DNA of 14,175 bases from Nitrososphaeraceae archaeon (lineage in GTDB: Archaea; Thermoproteota; Nitrososphaeria; Nitrososphaerales; Nitrososphaeraceae): NCBI GenBank assembly GCA_035710925.1, contig DASTCR010000078.1:1-14175 (forward strand), written 5' to 3'. This document shows, one piece after another, positions 12,264-14,175 of the stretch. The translations under genes were made by a program, and so were the position numbers. Within the stretch, counting starts at the first letter, position 1; every line of letters begins with the position of its first letter. The notes under the pieces were generated by a model. It was not told the origin of the DNA. It did no database searches and was given only the letters and a program-made list of their open reading frames with translations.

Positions 12264-13364
12264 TTACTCTGTGCCATCTACATTAATTATATATGTATTT
12301 TCAGCCATTTGGATACTGTATTTGCAGCCAACGATTTGACTTGCAATATGCAAGTTTGTTTTTAGGTGCTCAGTAACTCTACCTACTCTGTATCGTGACT
12401 TTCCTTTCATTAAGCTCAGTGGTAGCACAAGCATGTCTGCAAGAAAGAAGTCAACTGGAACGTTGGCTTTATATGTCTCTAAGAATCTTTGTGCCGCTTC
12501 CGACCCAACCTCTTCTGCCCGCTTACCACGCATACCTATTGAATCTCCTCCAACAAAGGGGCCAAAGTCGGACTTCGTGTATACTAGGATAGAGGAACCA
12601 GGGGATAACGATCTTTCAAAGGAGAATGAATAATTGTTGCAACGAACTCCGTTTTTCTCTAAATTTAAGAGAGCAGAAGAAATCTGGCGTTCTCCAATAT
12701 GCTTAGGAAGTTGTGAGCATACGCTGGCAATTCGAGGTTCTAACTGTCTCGTGGTCAGAAGATCAATTGAATCTGGTAAGTTGCAGGGGTCGATGTTTGC
12801 AATTATGATACCTCCTCCTTTAGGGTAGTATCCTCTCCTCAATATTTGCATCCAAAATTTTATTCCAATAGTCTGAAATGCCTCTCTGACAACATAACGT
12901 AAATAATCGGCCGTAGGACTCATGGACGTATCAGTCCCGCCTATAATTCTAACACTAAGGCTTTTTCCAGAAAGAGAGACTGCAGGAATCAGGGTTAAAA
13001 GTATCATAGGTATGCTTCCTGCGCTCTGAACGTCAATGTTCTTGGAGCCTTCTTCAAACTTATCCAGGCTTGGAATGAAACGTATCCAATCCGCGCCGAC
13101 TTGCAGGTTGTCAACTGTTGCGTGAAAGAGGTCTGCCATCGCTCTGACTGCAGTAAAGTGCTGTCTCCGTAGACCAGGTACTTTACGTCCTGCACGAATA
13201 TTAATAATTTCGACTGGTTTCCTTGTTATTGCTGAAAGAGAAACTGCGGTACGAACAATTTGACCTCCTCCTTCGCCATATGAACCATCAACCCTTACCA
13301 CGGACATTACATGCCTGCCCTTTTTTTGCGCCTGTGTCGCTAGGACAACGGAACTAACAGACAT
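12264..13364 (-). CDS. rtcA: RNA 3'-terminal phosphate cyclase
   Basis: VRVDGSYGEGGGQIVRTAVSLSAITRKPVEIINIRAGRKVPGLRRQHFTAV matches the RtcA N-terminal signature. GGTD.SMSPTADY, RRGYYPKGGG and LADMLVLPLSL also match. The adenylylated-His motif is present as TEHLKTN (compare E. coli HLLTN). The true start is probably the internal ATG at 13307 (MSVVRVDGS...), which matches the family N-terminus. TTATATAT abuts ATG 13364 and would then act as the TATA box. Confidence 0.9.
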   Translation of the reverse strand: MSVSSVVLATQAQKKGRHVMSVVRVDGSYGEGGGQIVRTAVSLSAITRKPVEIINIRAGRKVPGLRRQHFTAVRAMADLFHATVDNLQVGADWIRFIPSLDKFEEGSKNIDVQSAGSIPMILLTLIPAVSLSGKSLSVRIIGGTDTSMSPTADYLRYVVREAFQTIGIKFWMQILRRGYYPKGGGIIIANIDPCNLPDSIDLLTTRQLEPRIASVCSQLPKHIGERQISSALLNLEKNGVRCNNYSFSFERSLSPGSSILVYTKSDFGPFVGGDSIGMRGKRAEEVGSEAAQRFLETYKANVPVDFFLADMLVLPLSLMKGKSRYRVGRVTEHLKTNLHIASQIVGCKYSIQMAENTYIINVDGTE

Positions 13365-13626
13365 ATATAATAATCCATGAGTCGCTAAAGCATTTGGCTA
13401 TGCCCCGCGAACTTATAGCAGTGATCTCAGGGTCAATTAATCATCCAAAAAACGAGAATAGCTATACAGTTTACAATACGTGTTCAGTATTACATCTACT
13501 GAGACTGGTACCTTGACAGTCTTTGATCCACGAACAATGCACTTGCATTCCTACCATTGAAAGAAGATTCTACTATCGTTAAATAATTTTTTACTTTAAA
13601 TTACTGTAAGAGTTCATCATTATGTA

Positions 13627-14175
13627 TTGCATAGAGGATTATTTATCGGTAGATTCCAACCCCTGCATTTAGGTCATATTATTACAATCAAGTTCGCTTT
13701 GAAGTCAGTAGAGCAACTTACTATCGTAGTTGGAAGCGCCAATAAAAGTCATGAAGCGAGAAATCCCTTTACTGCTGGAGAGCGTATTGAAATGATTAAA
13801 GACTCTTTGGATAATGACAGCGAGATTGATATAAAGAAAATACTTATAATTCCTGTCCCGGACTTGGGAGTACATGCTCTTTGGACCAAGCAGATAGAAC
13901 TTCTAACACCTAGATTCGAAGCTGTCTTCTCCAACGATCCTCTTACCAATATTCTATTTAAGGAAAGAGGTGTAAGCCTAATAGCGCCTCATTTATCTCG
14001 TAGAAAACTACTGTCCGCGACCGAAATTAGGTCAAGAATTGTCAGAGGAAAGGCCTGGGAAAAACTTGTTACTCCACAAACAGTAAAGGTCATCCACGAT
14101 GTGGACGGAATAAGAAGAATCAAGACATTATTTGCAAGTAAGGCGGACACGGATACGTATCACTTCCCTTCTTAG
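13627..14175 (+). CDS. Nicotinamide-nucleotide adenylyltransferase, archaeal single-domain type (NMNAT)
   Basis: Collinear with M. jannaschii-type NMNAT: GLFIGRFQPLHLGHI, VVGSANKSHEARNPFTAGERIEMI, LLTPRFEAVFSNDPL..LF.ERG, SATEIRSRI..GK.WE.LV. It starts at TTG 13627, the only usable start after an in-frame TAA at 13597. The stop TAG falls on the last three bases of the window. Confidence 0.92.
   Translation: MHRGLFIGRFQPLHLGHIITIKFALKSVEQLTIVVGSANKSHEARNPFTAGERIEMIKDSLDNDSEIDIKKILIIPVPDLGVHALWTKQIELLTPRFEAVFSNDPLTNILFKERGVSLIAPHLSRRKLLSATEIRSRIVRGKAWEKLVTPQTVKVIHDVDGIRRIKTLFASKADTDTYHFPS

Noticed and set aside
12395-13195. Plus-strand ORFs 12395..12592, 12433..12633 and 12634..12828, and minus-strand alternative-frame ORF 13004..13195
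   Set aside because: All lie inside rtcA, whose frame is supported by family signatures along its full length. They are shadow ORFs.
417-13949. Remaining short track ORFs: 417..632(-), 3848..4090(+), 5493..5744(+), 9575..9760(-), 9581..9853(+), 10796..10999(+), 13749..13949(-)
   Set aside because: Each is nested in, or antisense to, a better-supported CDS (P1, P2, the 4-Cys protein, the membrane protein, usp, NMNAT). None has independent motif support.
1-14175. Search for tRNA/rRNA genes, CRISPR arrays, transposase/integrase genes, terminal inverted repeats and known defence-system domains
   Set aside because: I saw no T-arm-like GGTTCGAATCC-type motifs, no regularly spaced direct repeats outside coding RTX or acidic repeats, and no ORF with recombinase, nuclease, helicase or ATPase defence signatures. 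The only P-loop protein matches a small kinase family.

Overview
The window looks like a chromosomal segment of a moderately AT-rich archaeon. Supporting signs are a single-domain archaeal-type NMN adenylyltransferase, an adjacent UPF0200-like kinase and UPF0201-like RNA-binding gene pair, a PhaE-like gene, and A/T-rich TATA-like boxes about 25-40 nt upstream of start codons. An ammonia-oxidising thaumarchaeon (Nitrososphaeria) is my best guess, but that is inference only.

Left half (1-7.8 kb): an uninterrupted run of genes for exported or membrane-anchored proteins. Three sGDH-like (PQQ-dependent sugar dehydrogenase family) beta-propellers alternate with two paralogous RTX Ca-binding repeat proteins that carry N-terminal signal peptides. 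A 4-Cys small secreted protein and an N-glycosylation-sequon-rich small secreted protein complete the run.

Right half: mostly housekeeping. It holds the P-loop kinase and RNA-binding protein operon, a 4-TM membrane protein of unknown function, a universal stress protein, a 61-aa peptide with a striking (G)NMT Met/Asn-rich repeat tail, a PhaE-like protein, RNA 3'-phosphate cyclase RtcA, and NMN adenylyltransferase.

I found no rRNA, tRNA, CRISPR array, transposase, integrase or recognisable defence genes.

The best candidate for something undescribed is the alternating propeller/RTX cluster, a putative extracellular Ca2+-linked module in an archaeon. The Met/Asn-repeat peptide comes second. 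Neither can be shown to be a functional system from sequence alone. All family assignments are by-eye motif recognition, not database searches.
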